DNA of 64,000 nucleotides from Clostridiales bacterium (lineage in GTDB: Bacteria; Bacillota; Clostridia; Oscillospirales; CAG-272): assembly GCA_022791195.1 (NCBI GenBank), contig JAAVYP010000007.1, positions 2,215 through 66,214 on the forward strand. Direction: 5' to 3'. A model generated the notes under the pieces. That model ran no database searches. It saw only the letters and a list, made by a program, of their open reading frames with translations, and was not told the DNA's origin. Position numbers and translations under genes: made by a program. The first letter of the stretch is position 1. Every line of letters starts with the position of its first letter. Of this stretch, positions 1-9,778 are shown one piece after another.

Positions 1-393
1 CTCAATCACTGAGCCGCCTGTAGAAATCAAATCTTCTACCACAACCACCTTGGTTCCCGGCGCCATACGTCCCTCAATCTGATTTTGCCGGCCATGATCT
101 TTCGCACCAGAACGAACATAGCCCATCGGCAAGCCCAAATGATGTGCTGCAATAGCGGCATGAGGAATGCCGGCCGTGCTGGTTCCCATCAGCATTTCAC
201 AGTCTTTATAGTCCCGCGCTATAGTATCGGCAATCGCCTTTTCCACTAAATCACGCGCCTCGGGTGATGATAAAATCAACCGGTTATCACAATAAACCGG
301 ACTTTTAATACCGCTGGCCCATGTAAAAGGCTCATCCGGTCTAAAAAACACAGCGCCTATATCAAGTAAAGCCTTTGCAATTCTTTTTTCCAT
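1..393 (-). CDS. pyrE: orotate phosphoribosyltransferase, N-terminal 131 codons (gene runs off the left edge)
   Basis: Absent from the ORF track because there is no stop in-window. My reverse-strand translation from ATG 393..391 reads [51 protein letters not shown] ... [20 protein letters not shown], which contains the PRPP-binding motif. It follows pyrF. Confidence 0.9.
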   Translation of the reverse strand, partial: MEKRIAKALLDIGAVFFRPDEPFTWASGIKSPVYCDNRLILSSPEARDLVEKAIADTIARDYKDCEMLMGTSTAGIPHAAIAAHHLGLPMGYVRSGAKDHGRQNQIEGRMAPGTKVVVVEDLISTGGSVIE

Positions 394-441
394 TTTTCTT
401 CCATCCTTTTCTCGCGCTTATTATTATTGGCTTCGCAAAAA

Positions 442-1140
442 TTAATCCACAAAATCAGCTACACATCGTTCATACGCAGCCACTGGATCAGCCGCCGCTG
501 TAATGGGCCGGCCCACTACAATATAGTCACTACCCATCTTCTTGGCATCTGCCGGTGATGTCACCCGTGCCTGATCGCCCTTGTCTCCTTCCGGAAAACG
601 AACGCCCGGCGTGACCGTTAAAAAACGGTTACCGCAAACGTGGTGCACCTGTTCTGCTTCTAATGGTGAACAAACAACACCATCCAAACCAGCTTCTTTG
701 GCGCATACCGCATAGTGCTGCACCACTTCTGCCAATGGACGCTCAATCAGCAAATCAGCACGCATACGCGCCTCATCTGTGGACGTAAGCTGTGTTACAG
801 CAATCAGCAGCGGACGGCTTCCGTCTGCTCTTGTCAGTCCTGTAAGCGCGGCTTCCATCATCGCCTTTGTACCGCCGGCATGCAAATTGCACATGTCGAT
901 ATCTAAATTCGACAACACCCGCATTGCTTTCATAACGGTATTTGGAATATCATGCAGTTTTAAATCTAAGAAAATGGGGTGTCCCTTTTCCTTTATTTTT
1001 CTCACCATATCCGGTCCGGCACTGTAAAAAAGCTCCATTCCAATTTTGACGTATGGTTTTCGTCCTGTAAATTCCGACAAAAAATCAAGACATTCTCCCG
1101 CCGACGAAAAATCGCAGGCAATAATGACATCCTTACCCAT
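442..1140 (-). CDS. pyrF: orotidine 5'-phosphate decarboxylase
   Basis: The 232-aa ORF carries FLDLKLHDIPNTV and the GSDYIVVGRPI C-terminal motif typical of OMP decarboxylase. Its start overlaps the pyrD stop. Confidence 0.93.
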   Translation of the reverse strand: MGKDVIIACDFSSAGECLDFLSEFTGRKPYVKIGMELFYSAGPDMVRKIKEKGHPIFLDLKLHDIPNTVMKAMRVLSNLDIDMCNLHAGGTKAMMEAALTGLTRADGSRPLLIAVTQLTSTDEARMRADLLIERPLAEVVQHYAVCAKEAGLDGVVCSPLEAEQVHHVCGNRFLTVTPGVRFPEGDKGDQARVTSPADAKKMGSDYIVVGRPITAAADPVAAYERCVADFVD

Positions 1141-2050
1141 GATGCGCCCCTCCTATCATCTCTTCTAAACTATTAATTCCATATTTCTCCATTGCTGCCG
1201 GCAAGGCCTCAATGATTTCTTTACAGGCGAAAGGATTCACCAGATTGGCCGCACCAACTTGAACAGCCGATGCACCAGCCAACATCATTTCAATAACATC
1301 GCCTGCATTTTGCACGCCCCCCATGCCAATAATGGGAATCTGCACCGCTTCATACACCTGATAAACCATGCGTAAAGCCACCGGCAATATAGCCGGTCCG
1401 GAAAAACCGCCCATGGTATTGGCAATAGCCGGACGGCGAGTTTTTAAATCAATTCGCATCCCCATCAATGTATTAATCAGCGACAGTCCGTCTGCTCCCG
1501 CCTCTTCACAAGCTTTAGCAATTTCGGTTATATCAGTTACATTCGGTGTCAATTTAATATAAACAGGTTTTTTCGTGACCGCCTTTACCGCCTTCGTGAC
1601 CTGTGCAGCGCTCTCGGCCGTAGTACCGAAGCTCATGCCGCCGCCATGCACGTTGGGGCAACTCACATTAATCTCTAACAGGCCAACCTGCTCTTCTCTA
1701 TCCATTTTTTCACTGCAATATACATAATCTTCCAGTGAAAAGCCGCTGATATTCGCAATCACCTTTTTATGAAAGCATTTTTTCAATTTAGGCAGTTCCT
1801 CATCGATAACCGCCTGTACCCCGGGATTTTGCAGCCCTACTGAATTGATGAGTCCCGCTGTGCACTCAGCAATACGCGGCAACGGATTGCCATATCTGGC
1901 TTCTCGTGTTGTCCCTTTCAGCGAGAGACTGCCTAAAACATTAATATCATAAAGATCGGCAAATTCATAGCCAAAACCAAATGTACCGCTGGCTGGTATC
2001 ACAGGATTATCCAATTCTAATCCACTTACATGAACCTTTGTATTCACCAT
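1133..2050 (-). CDS. pyrD: dihydroorotate dehydrogenase B, catalytic subunit
   Basis: The ORF 1133..2089 has class-1B DHODH sequence (NPVIPASGTFGFG, GLQNPG, IIGMGGV). The likely true start is ATG 2050 (MVNTKVHVSG), preceded by GAAGAGG and overlapping the pyrK stop as ATGGTGA. Confidence 0.9.
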   Translation of the reverse strand: MVNTKVHVSGLELDNPVIPASGTFGFGYEFADLYDINVLGSLSLKGTTREARYGNPLPRIAECTAGLINSVGLQNPGVQAVIDEELPKLKKCFHKKVIANISGFSLEDYVYCSEKMDREEQVGLLEINVSCPNVHGGGMSFGTTAESAAQVTKAVKAVTKKPVYIKLTPNVTDITEIAKACEEAGADGLSLINTLMGMRIDLKTRRPAIANTMGGFSGPAILPVALRMVYQVYEAVQIPIIGMGGVQNAGDVIEMMLAGASAVQVGAANLVNPFACKEIIEALPAAMEKYGINSLEEMIGGAHHG

Positions 2051-2772
2051 TCTACCTCTTCTCTTTCTAAGACAGGGCCCTCTTTGCAAATGCGCTTTGC
2101 TCCCTGTTTTGTTTGGCAGGAGCAGCCCATACAGGCGCCAAATCCACAGCCCATTTTCTCTTCAAATGAATACTGCCCGCTTCCTTGGGCAACTTTTTCA
2201 ATCGCCCGGAACATCGGCATAGGGCCGCAGGCGTAAAAATAAGTATACTCCATTTGCACAAGGGCGTCGGTCACAAATCCCTTTATGCCCATACTGCCGT
2301 CTGCGGTTGTCACCGTAACATCGCAAAAACGGCTGAATTCTTCCACAAAAAAGGCCTCTTTAGCCGTTTGAAAGCCAAGAACCGCCATGGGGCGCTTTCC
2401 CTCATTCTTCAATTGCTTGGCCAGTGCATACAAAGGCGGCACGCCTACGCCGCCGCCGAGGAGAACTGGTCTCTCGCCGCTTTTGGCGATATCATAACCA
2501 TTGCCAAGTCCCACCAAAGCATCAATCGGCTGACCTTGACACATATGAGCCATTTTCTCGGTACCGGTGCCTACCACTTTATAGATAATTGTAAGCATCC
2601 CTTCCTCCCAATCGCAAACAGAAATGGGTCTGCGCAAATAACAATCGTTCACTTTCAAATTCACAAACTGTCCGGGGCGTGTAATAGCGCTGGTATCGCC
2701 GGTAAGCTGCATCTGATAAATTTTATCGGCTATTTGCTTATTTTCTTTTATTTCATAGACTATATTTTTCAT
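2044..2772 (-). CDS. pyrK: dihydroorotate dehydrogenase electron-transfer subunit (FAD/2Fe-2S)
   Basis: 242 aa with an RPISV FAD-binding motif and a C-terminal CGxGxCxGC...C cluster (CGFGACMGCSC). It sits directly upstream of pyrD. Confidence 0.9.
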   Translation of the reverse strand: MKNIVYEIKENKQIADKIYQMQLTGDTSAITRPGQFVNLKVNDCYLRRPISVCDWEEGMLTIIYKVVGTGTEKMAHMCQGQPIDALVGLGNGYDIAKSGERPVLLGGGVGVPPLYALAKQLKNEGKRPMAVLGFQTAKEAFFVEEFSRFCDVTVTTADGSMGIKGFVTDALVQMEYTYFYACGPMPMFRAIEKVAQGSGQYSFEEKMGCGFGACMGCSCQTKQGAKRICKEGPVLEREEVEW

Positions 2773-4006
2773 AAACCGCCTTGCCCTCCATAACAGTCAG
2801 CAAACATTCCCCAAACACTTCTTTTCCGGAAAAAGGTGTTGCCTTTCCTTTTGATAAAAATAACGTGGGGTCAATTGTGTAATTTTTTGAAAGATCAAAT
2901 ACCGTCAATGTCGCTTTTTCTCCGATAACCGGCTCTTTGCCAATGCCAAATCGTTTCTTTGGATTTTCATAGAGCAGTTCAATCAGCTTCTCAAGAGTAA
3001 TAATCCCTGTTTTAACAAGTTCTGTATAGCAGACAGCAAAAGCCGTTTCCAAACCAGTAATGCCCATCAGGCTGCCCTTTAACCCTTTGGCTTTTTCTTC
3101 GGCCGCATGCGGCGCATGATCGGTAGCAATCATATCAATTGTGCCGTCGTTGATTCCGTCAATCAGCGCCTGCTTGTCCGCTGCAGAGCGCAAAGGCGGA
3201 TTCATTTTAAAGCGCCCCTCTTCTTTGAGATCAGCATCACATAGCGTAAGATAATGCGGCGCCGTTTCACAGGTAACATTAACACCTTGTTTCTTTGCCT
3301 CTCGAATCAACTGTACACTTTCTTTTGCCGAAACATGACACACATGATAGGCACAGCCGGTTTCGCGTGCAAGAGCCAGATCGCGCTCAATAGGCCGCCA
3401 TTCTGATGCAGACGGAATGCCAATATGCCCATGACAGTCGGCATATTCTCCATCATGAATATATCCGCCTTGAATAAGGCTTTCATCCTCACAATGGGCA
3501 CACAACACCTTGTCTAATGCGGCTATACGTTGCATCGCTTCTTTCATAAGAGCAGGATTTTGAACGCCCTTTCCATCGTCCGAAAAAGCAATTACATCCT
3601 TTGCCAATTCTTCTAATGCGGCTATTTTCTCGCCCTTTTCACCTACGGTAAGCGCCCCATATGGATGCACCTGTACAAGCGCATCCCGCCCAATCAGTAT
3701 CTGCTGTTCCTTCAAATGAGACAAGCAGTCTGGCACAGGATCAAGATTTGGCATAGCGCACAGATGCACATATCCGCCGCGTGCACCAGCTGCACTGCCC
3801 GAGGCAATGGTTTCTTTATAAGAAAAACCCGGCTCACGCAGATGAACATGTACATCTGCGAAACCGGGAAAAATATATACATTTTCAAATGTAATGGAAA
3901 CCGCACCCTCAAAGGAAGAAAAAAGAATACCGTCTGAAAGGAAATAATCCCCTCTTACAAACTGGCCGTGCTGATAAAAATAAGCGTCTTTAAAAAAATA
4001 GGTCAT
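2753..4006 (-). CDS. pyrC: dihydroorotase
   Basis: 417 aa with the amidohydrolase DVHVHLREPG metal motif and ATDHAPH. First gene of the pyr cluster. Confidence 0.9.
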   Translation of the reverse strand: MTYFFKDAYFYQHGQFVRGDYFLSDGILFSSFEGAVSITFENVYIFPGFADVHVHLREPGFSYKETIASGSAAGARGGYVHLCAMPNLDPVPDCLSHLKEQQILIGRDALVQVHPYGALTVGEKGEKIAALEELAKDVIAFSDDGKGVQNPALMKEAMQRIAALDKVLCAHCEDESLIQGGYIHDGEYADCHGHIGIPSASEWRPIERDLALARETGCAYHVCHVSAKESVQLIREAKKQGVNVTCETAPHYLTLCDADLKEEGRFKMNPPLRSAADKQALIDGINDGTIDMIATDHAPHAAEEKAKGLKGSLMGITGLETAFAVCYTELVKTGIITLEKLIELLYENPKKRFGIGKEPVIGEKATLTVFDLSKNYTIDPTLFLSKGKATPFSGKEVFGECLLTVMEGKAVYEKYSL

Positions 4007-4041
4007 TGCAAATTCCTTTTTATTTCTTCTTGGTTTTTCTT

Positions 4042-4071
4042 ATTATACCTTACAAGCTCCATTCTTGTCAA
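4042..4071 (-). promoter_or_regulatory. sigA-type promoter for pyrC-pyrE
   Basis: The minus strand reads TTGACA (4071..4066), an 18-nt spacer, then TATAAT (4047..4042), about 35 nt upstream of the pyrC ATG. Confidence 0.6.
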
Positions 4072-4172
4072 GTCTCAATTCTGGACCGCTCTTATACCTT
4101 TTGTATTGCTCATGCTCTAATTTTCTGAATTTGTCATCACCAAAACACTAAGACCCGACAAACTTAAATAAT

Positions 4173-4694
4173 TTATCTAACTGCGTCCACGATTGGCACA
4201 AGATAAGATTTATCTGTCCAATCACATGTTTTATCGCCTGCTTCCATCAAAGCCTTTTCCCATATTTCGTAATCGTTAGGTGCTTTTTTCATGACGGCTT
4301 TTCGCAGCATTCTGCAAAGATTTCTGTCCACAATATTCATATGGTTCATATCCCACGCGCCCCGGCAATAGAAGCAGGGTATGCCGGCCAACGAATCTTT
4401 CATGTTATGCGCAATAATCTGCGCAAAGGCGTTTTCGTCATAAGGCGATGCCCCCGCACAGAAAACAAGAATTCTTTTTCCTTGCAATTCTTTCATATGT
4501 TTTTTTAGAAATGACAATCCCGCAATACCCGAAGCGTAAATGCCGCCGCCAAGAATGATAGTGTCATATTGCCGTACACTTTCTATCTTCGCTTTCTTTG
4601 TTTCTACACAATCAAATCCTGTCTCTTCTGAAAGCCACCCTGCATAACGCTTTGTTGCGCCATACTTGGATTGATAAAGAATGATCCCAGCCAT
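4173..4694 (-). CDS. flavodoxin-domain protein
   Basis: 173 aa. MAGIILYQSKYGATKRYA ... IILGGGIYA matches the short flavodoxin-fold (HemG-like) pattern. Confidence 0.7.
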   Translation of the reverse strand: MAGIILYQSKYGATKRYAGWLSEETGFDCVETKKAKIESVRQYDTIILGGGIYASGIAGLSFLKKHMKELQGKRILVFCAGASPYDENAFAQIIAHNMKDSLAGIPCFYCRGAWDMNHMNIVDRNLCRMLRKAVMKKAPNDYEIWEKALMEAGDKTCDWTDKSYLVPIVDAVR

Positions 4695-4805
4695 ATTTAT
4701 CTCCTCAAATCGGTATTTGTCATTTTCATTATGCTACGGTCAATTTTGAAATTCAACCTGTAGTTGGTGAAAGCGCAAAAGCTATATTTCTGCGGTACTT
4801 ACGGT

Positions 4806-4828
4806 AAAAGAGAGTCTGACAGACCCTC
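4806..4828 (-). terminator. intrinsic terminator after the beta-lactamase-like gene
   Basis: The minus strand reads GAGGGTCTGTCAGACTCTC followed by TTTT, 24 nt after the stop at 4852. Confidence 0.5.
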
Positions 4829-4851
4829 ATACGATAACACTTTGACGTTTA

Positions 4852-5955
4852 TTACTTACGCGTCGCATAATAATCCTGCATAACCAAGTCCACTCTTTCA
4901 AACACTTGGTTGATACACTCTTGATGACCGTAGACCTGGGAAAGGGGCACCGTAGACATAGCCACCACCACATAGGCATTATCCCCGCGTACCACAATGC
5001 CCGCATCGTGATATCCATATTCATCTGAGCCGGATTTGTGTGCGATCGCATCAGCACCTTGTACTGACTCGCTGATTTCACAATACAAATTATTCGTTAG
5101 TTCCTGCCAGAAAAGCTGCGATTCAGGCGAGCCCGTCTCTTTATAGGCCCATATTTCTTGCCAAATCAGCCCTAAATCCAACGGACGCATATAGGTCCAA
5201 AACTCCTGCCGTTCTTCAAGCGGAATACCAAGTTCCTCTGCCAAGGCCACATAATCCCCCGAGCCAAGCAGCCCCCAAAGTGCTTTATACGCAGCGTTAT
5301 CGCTATTATACAGCAAATAGTGCAGCAATTCGCGAATCGTATAGGTATGATAGCCTTTGCGGATGAGCGTGCCCGCCCCCGGCATATAATCGGTTCCATC
5401 ATAAAAATAAGTATCGGTCAGCCGCAGGCGCGTTTCGCCAGGCGCAAGCGGCACGCCGCTCTCGTCTGACAGCCGGTTTTCCTCTAATTTCTTATACCAC
5501 GCAAGTGCAAAGCCGGCCTTACGCGTACAGGCTGGACTAAAATATTGATCAGCCGCATAACCAAAGGACATTTGCGATTTCAGATCCAACACATAAAAAG
5601 CCGTTTTACGATACCGATATCGTTCTTCCATGAGCCAAAGCAGCGCTTGCTCATCATCAGGTAAGAGAGCATAATCAGAATGATTGACCGTTACCTCATG
5701 CGGCAAAAAAATGTCATTACGATTATCAATCGGCTCCTTTGTCTGCTCGGGTTCGCCCGCGTCGGGCGGCACATCGGAAATTTCGCCGAACACGGGTTGG
5801 GCATCCGTTGGTTCCAACTGATGCAGATAGTCGGTCAAACACGCATCCGACAATGCGCCGTCTGCCGCCTTTATCAGAGAAGTCTCTGCGTGCTGGCTAC
5901 AGCCAGCACACAGCCACAAACAACATAGGGTCAACGCTAAAATATGTCTTTTCAT
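4852..5955 (-). CDS. class A beta-lactamase-fold (serine hydrolase family) lipoprotein with CxxK in place of SxxK
   Basis: The ORF is 4852..5979. The likely start is ATG 5955 (MKRHILALTLCCLWLCAGC, a lipobox), preceded by AAAGGA. SDN (LYNSDNAAY) and KSG (AHKSGS) motifs are present, but the first motif reads ACTRK. Confidence 0.65.
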   Translation of the reverse strand: MKRHILALTLCCLWLCAGCSQHAETSLIKAADGALSDACLTDYLHQLEPTDAQPVFGEISDVPPDAGEPEQTKEPIDNRNDIFLPHEVTVNHSDYALLPDDEQALLWLMEERYRYRKTAFYVLDLKSQMSFGYAADQYFSPACTRKAGFALAWYKKLEENRLSDESGVPLAPGETRLRLTDTYFYDGTDYMPGAGTLIRKGYHTYTIRELLHYLLYNSDNAAYKALWGLLGSGDYVALAEELGIPLEERQEFWTYMRPLDLGLIWQEIWAYKETGSPESQLFWQELTNNLYCEISESVQGADAIAHKSGSDEYGYHDAGIVVRGDNAYVVVAMSTVPLSQVYGHQECINQVFERVDLVMQDYYATRK

Positions 5956-6014
5956 CACGGATCCTTTCAAAAAATCCAATCCGGCTTTCTATGTTTTTCT
6001 TACGTGGCAAAAGT

Positions 6015-6048
6015 ATGCTTTCAAAATACAGTGCATTTTGAAAAGCAT
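6015..6048. terminator. long hairpin downstream of purL (end of the pur operon), symmetric on both strands
   Basis: ATGCTTTCAAAAT acagtgc ATTTTGAAAAGCAT forms a 13-14 bp stem, 32 nt after the purL stop. Confidence 0.55.
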
Positions 6049-6079
6049 ACCTGCCCGATTTAACTATTAAATTCTAACA

Positions 6080-9000
6080 TTAGCGGAAATACCGCACGGC
6101 CGATTCAAAGAGTTTCATATCATAAAGTCCCAGCACATTTTGATACAGCCCCTCACCAATACGCTCAGAATGGCCCATTTTACCAAATACACGGCCGTCC
6201 GGCGAGGTAATTCCCTCCACGGCATATACCGAATTATTGGGATTAAAATGAATATCATCGGTAACAACGCCGGCAAGATCGACATATTGCGTTGCAATCT
6301 GCCCGCCCGCAGCCAATTTTTGAATCCATTCATCGGAGCAAAGGAAGCGACCTTCCCCATGCGAAATCGGCACGGTAAAGATGTCCCCCGGGTTCACGCC
6401 CGACAGCCATGGCGAAAGATTAGACGCTACGCGGGTCCGCACCAATCGAGACTGGTGCCGGCCAATCGTGTTGAACGTCAGCGTTGGCGCCTGTTCGTCC
6501 GCCTCTCTTATCTCGCCAAACGGAACAAGGCCCAGCTTAATCAGTGCCTGAAAACCATTACAAATACCGGCCATTAAGCCATCCCGATTTTTTAACAGTT
6601 CATGCACCTGTTCTTTAATCGCCTCGTTGCGGAAAAAGGCAGTGATAAATTTGCCTGATCCATCCGGCTCATCACCGCCTGAAAAGCCGCCGGGAATAAA
6701 GATGATCTGTGCTTGCTTTATTTTTTCAGCAAAATATTGTACACTGCTTGCCACCTGCTCCTTGGTGCCGTTTTGAATCACAAAAATTTCGGGGTCAGCG
6801 CCGGCATCCAAGAAAGCCTTCGCCGAGTCGTATTCACAGTTTGTACCCGGGAACACCGGAATCAACACTTTCGGCTTGGCAACCGATGTTTTTGCCTTGG
6901 CAATCGTTTCCGTTTTATACGTAAACGATTGCAGTGAACCGCCTTTTTGCTCAATATTACAAGAGAAAACACTTTCCAGTCGATCTTCATATAACGAGAG
7001 CAGCGTTTTAAGCGCTATTTCTTCACCCGCCATACCAATCGCCGCGTTCTCTGTCGTAACACCCAAAAGGGTGCCCTCAACAGGCTCTGTTACCTCCAAA
7101 ATAAAGGAACCGTAGCAATAGCCAAACAGAGTGTCTATGGAAAGATTTTCAAATGCAAAACCAAGACCATTACCAAAGCACATTTTCATGATAGCTTCCG
7201 CTACGCCGCCGTAGGTCGGTGTATAAGCCGCCGCCACCCGGCCTTCTCGCATCAAAGATGTTACCTTGTCAAACAGAGCAAGCAGGCTTTCGGCTTTCGG
7301 CAGACCCTCTTCGTCATATTCAGGCGTCAAAAGGACAACCTGATGACCGGCGCCCTTAAACTCAGGCGACAGAACATGATCTGTCTTATCGGTCGTAACT
7401 GCAAAAGAAACCAAGGTAGGCGGCACATCCAATTTTTCAAACGAACCGGACATAGAGTCCTTGCCGCCGATAGAAGCCACGCCAAAATCCTTTTGTGCCG
7501 CATAGGCGCCAAGCAGCGCTGCTAAGGGCTTACCCCAGCGCTGCGGATCTTTTGCTAATTTTTCAAAATACTCTTGGAAAGTCAAATATACTTTATCAAA
7601 AGAAGCACCTGTCGCCACACACTTGGCAATGGACTCTACAACCGCCAAATAAGCACCATGATAAGGACTCTTTTCCATAATAAACGGATTATAGCCCCAT
7701 GCCATCACAGAACAATCTTTGGTGTGTCCTTTTTCTAATGAAATTTTGTTGACCATCGCCTGAATCGGCGTTAACTGATGGCGTCCACCAAACGGCATCA
7801 GCACAGTTCCGGCACCAATCGTTGAATCAAAACGCTCAGAAAGACCTCGTTTGGAACATACATTTAAGTCAGCTGCTAACGCTTTATAACCTGAAACAAA
7901 GTCGTTCGGCAATTCTTTTTGATAATCACCCGGCGCAGCTGCCTTTACATGAATATGCTTTTCGGCCCCATTTGAATTCAGAAAATCGCGAGAAAGGTCA
8001 ACAATCGTTTCACCGTTCCAGTTCATGCGCAAGCGCGCTTCTTCTTGAACCACGGCTACCACAGTGGCCTCTAAATTTTCTTTGGCCGCTAATGACAAGA
8101 AATGTTCTTTTTCCGATGCTTCGATGACCACAGCCATTCTTTCCTGACTTTCCGAAATAGCCAGTTCCGTACCATCAAGGCCTTCATACTTCTTCGGCAC
8201 CTGATTCAAATCGATTTCCAGTCCATCGGCCAATTCGCCAATAGCGACCGAAACGCCGCCAGCACCAAAATCATTGCATCGTTTAATCAGCTTTGAAACC
8301 TCGGGATTTCGGAAAAGGCGCTGCAGCTTTCTTTCTTCGGGCGCATTGCCCTTTTGCACCTCTGCCCCACAGTTTTCCAAAGAATCCAGCGTGTGGCTCT
8401 TAGAAGAACCAGTTGCACCGCCGCAGCCGTCACGCCCGGTACGTCCGCCCAACAAAACAACCAGATCGCCTGGCAGCGGCTTTTCCCGCCGCACATGGTC
8501 GGCCGGTACCGCTGCGACAACAGCACCAATTTCCATACGCTTGGCCGCATAACCCGGATGATAAATCTCGTCCACCTGTCCGGTGGCAAGACCAATCTGA
8601 TTTCCGTAAGAAGAATAGCCGGCCGCCGCCGTAGTTACGATTTTACGCTGGGGCAGCTTGCCCTGCATCGTCTCTTCCACAGGCAGCGTTGGATCAGCCG
8701 CGCCTGTAACGCGCATGGCTGCATAGACATAACCCCGTCCGGAAAGAGGGTCGCGGATAGCGCCGCCAATGCAAGTTGCAGCACCGCCAAAAGGCTCAAT
8801 CTCTGTCGGGTGGTTATGCGTTTCGTTTTTAAACAGAAGCAGCCAATCCTGCTCCTCACCATCCACAGTCACTTTTATTTTGACAGTACAAGCATTAATT
8901 TCTTCTGATTCATCCAAATCAGGAAGCCGTCCTTCGCTCTTCAAATATTTTGCTGCGATGGTAGCTAAATCCATTAAAGTTACAGGTCCCTGTCTGCCAA

Positions 9001-9778
9001 CTGACTGACGCACCACAAGATAATCCTCATAGACCGCTTTTAGCCGATCATCTTCAAAAGCAACATCATCAATTTGCGTCAAAAAAGTCGTGTGACGGCA
9101 ATGATCTGACCAATAGGTATCGATCATGCGAATTTCAGTGATAGTCGGATCCCGTTTTTCTTCTCTAAAATACTGCTGGCAAAAGGCAAGATCATCAGCA
9201 TCCATAGCCAGACCCTTGTCTGCCAAAAAGACATTCAACTCCTGTTCGGTAAACGAAGTAAAGCCATGAAGGGTCTCCACCTGCTTTGGAACATCATACT
9301 GCTGCACAATCGTCTCGGGCAAGTCAAGCGATGTTTCTTTTGCCTCTACAGGGTTAATGACATATTTTTTAATGGCGGCAATCTCGTCCTCGCGCAAAGC
9401 GCCATAAAGCTTATAAACCTTTGCACTGCGCACCAGCGGACGGGCGCCTTGTGAAATAATCTGTATGCACTGAGCGGCTGAATCAGCGCGCTGATCAAAC
9501 TGTCCCGGCAAAAAAGAAACTGCAAACGTAACTGCATCATCCTCTTCCAGCGTCTCATAGACTACATCCAACTGAGGCTCTGAGAAAACAGTACCCACAG
9601 CATAATCAAACAGCTCTTTTGAGATTTCCTCTACATCATAACGATTAAAAAGGCGCAAATCCTCTAAATTTTCAATACCTAAAAATTCTTTTATTTCCGC
9701 CTTAAGCGCTTTTGCCTCGTTAGCCAGTTCCTTTTTCTTCTCTACATAAATTCTATATACCACGTGCGCCTCCCTCAT
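6080..9778 (-). CDS. purL: phosphoribosylformylglycinamidine synthase, single-chain (fused PurS/PurL/PurQ type)
   Basis: 1232-aa ORF with AIR-synthase-like repeats (NHPTEIEPFGGAATCIGG) and a C-terminal glutaminase (GICNGFQAL, HGEG). A GTG at 9763 preceded by GGGAGG is an alternative start. Confidence 0.92.
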   Translation of the reverse strand: MREAHVVYRIYVEKKKELANEAKALKAEIKEFLGIENLEDLRLFNRYDVEEISKELFDYAVGTVFSEPQLDVVYETLEEDDAVTFAVSFLPGQFDQRADSAAQCIQIISQGARPLVRSAKVYKLYGALREDEIAAIKKYVINPVEAKETSLDLPETIVQQYDVPKQVETLHGFTSFTEQELNVFLADKGLAMDADDLAFCQQYFREEKRDPTITEIRMIDTYWSDHCRHTTFLTQIDDVAFEDDRLKAVYEDYLVVRQSVGRQGPVTLMDLATIAAKYLKSEGRLPDLDESEEINACTVKIKVTVDGEEQDWLLLFKNETHNHPTEIEPFGGAATCIGGAIRDPLSGRGYVYAAMRVTGAADPTLPVEETMQGKLPQRKIVTTAAAGYSSYGNQIGLATGQVDEIYHPGYAAKRMEIGAVVAAVPADHVRREKPLPGDLVVLLGGRTGRDGCGGATGSSKSHTLDSLENCGAEVQKGNAPEERKLQRLFRNPEVSKLIKRCNDFGAGGVSVAIGELADGLEIDLNQVPKKYEGLDGTELAISESQERMAVVIEASEKEHFLSLAAKENLEATVVAVVQEEARLRMNWNGETIVDLSRDFLNSNGAEKHIHVKAAAPGDYQKELPNDFVSGYKALAADLNVCSKRGLSERFDSTIGAGTVLMPFGGRHQLTPIQAMVNKISLEKGHTKDCSVMAWGYNPFIMEKSPYHGAYLAVVESIAKCVATGASFDKVYLTFQEYFEKLAKDPQRWGKPLAALLGAYAAQKDFGVASIGGKDSMSGSFEKLDVPPTLVSFAVTTDKTDHVLSPEFKGAGHQVVLLTPEYDEEGLPKAESLLALFDKVTSLMREGRVAAAYTPTYGGVAEAIMKMCFGNGLGFAFENLSIDTLFGYCYGSFILEVTEPVEGTLLGVTTENAAIGMAGEEIALKTLLSLYEDRLESVFSCNIEQKGGSLQSFTYKTETIAKAKTSVAKPKVLIPVFPGTNCEYDSAKAFLDAGADPEIFVIQNGTKEQVASSVQYFAEKIKQAQIIFIPGGFSGGDEPDGSGKFITAFFRNEAIKEQVHELLKNRDGLMAGICNGFQALIKLGLVPFGEIREADEQAPTLTFNTIGRHQSRLVRTRVASNLSPWLSGVNPGDIFTVPISHGEGRFLCSDEWIQKLAAGGQIATQYVDLAGVVTDDIHFNPNNSVYAVEGITSPDGRVFGKMGHSERIGEGLYQNVLGLYDMKLFESAVRYFR

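Noticed and set aside
2185-2793. Long antisense ORFs inside real genes (for example 2185-2793 +, 8354-8908 +, 23649-24119 +, 28893-29405 -, 33679-34086 -, 54802-55161 +)
   Set aside because: Each lies wholly within a well-supported CDS on the opposite strand, has a low-complexity or atypical composition, and has no RBS. These are shadow ORFs.
4071-4090. PyrR-binding-loop-like string (GGUCCAGAAUUGAGAC on the minus strand) upstream of pyrC
   Set aside because: It matches only GUCCAGA of the PyrR motif, lies upstream of the -35 of the best promoter, and is not followed by any terminator/antiterminator pair.
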